A DNA stretch of 34,537 nt from Octopus bimaculoides. Taxonomy: Eukaryota. The stretch's first letter is position 1, and each line of letters begins with the position of its first letter. Made by a program: the position numbers and the translations under genes. The notes below the pieces were generated by a model. That model did no database searches, was not told the origin of the DNA, and saw only the letters and a list, made by a program, of their open reading frames with translations. Below are positions 34,537 through 34,537 of the stretch, piece after piece. The stretch is from the NCBI RefSeq assembly GCF_001194135.2, contig NC_068985.1:126421086-126455622 (forward strand). Direction: 5' to 3'.

Positions 34537-34537
34537 G

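Overview
AT-rich eukaryotic genomic DNA from a draft assembly with seven N gaps. It is dominated by transposon relics and microsatellites. The repeat families resemble those I recall from coleoid cephalopods (Octopus); this is an inference. No complete host gene can be supported. Bases 1 to about 11 kb are CpG-depleted and look like a methylated intron or gene body packed with tRNA-derived SINEs. From about 11 kb onward CpGs are retained, and the region holds decayed LINEs of four clades (CR1/L2-like, L1/Tx1, R4/Dong RLE-type, RTE), a Tc1/mariner transposase fragment and tandem SINE arrays. The most interesting signals are: (i) two 5'-truncated R4/Dong-like RLE retrotransposons in tandem inside a (CATA)n microsatellite; (ii) a ~220 bp (TA)n-flanked element carrying a minimal type I hammerhead ribozyme motif; (iii) head-to-tail SINE arrays built on (ATT)n tails; (iv) a CpG-decay boundary readable from SINE copies; (v) an intact ORF with three C2H2 fingers at the right edge, missing from the ORF track, resembling an RTE LINE C-terminus; and (vi) several exact or near-exact inverted-repeat structures. 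All family assignments come from motif recognition by eye, not database searches.
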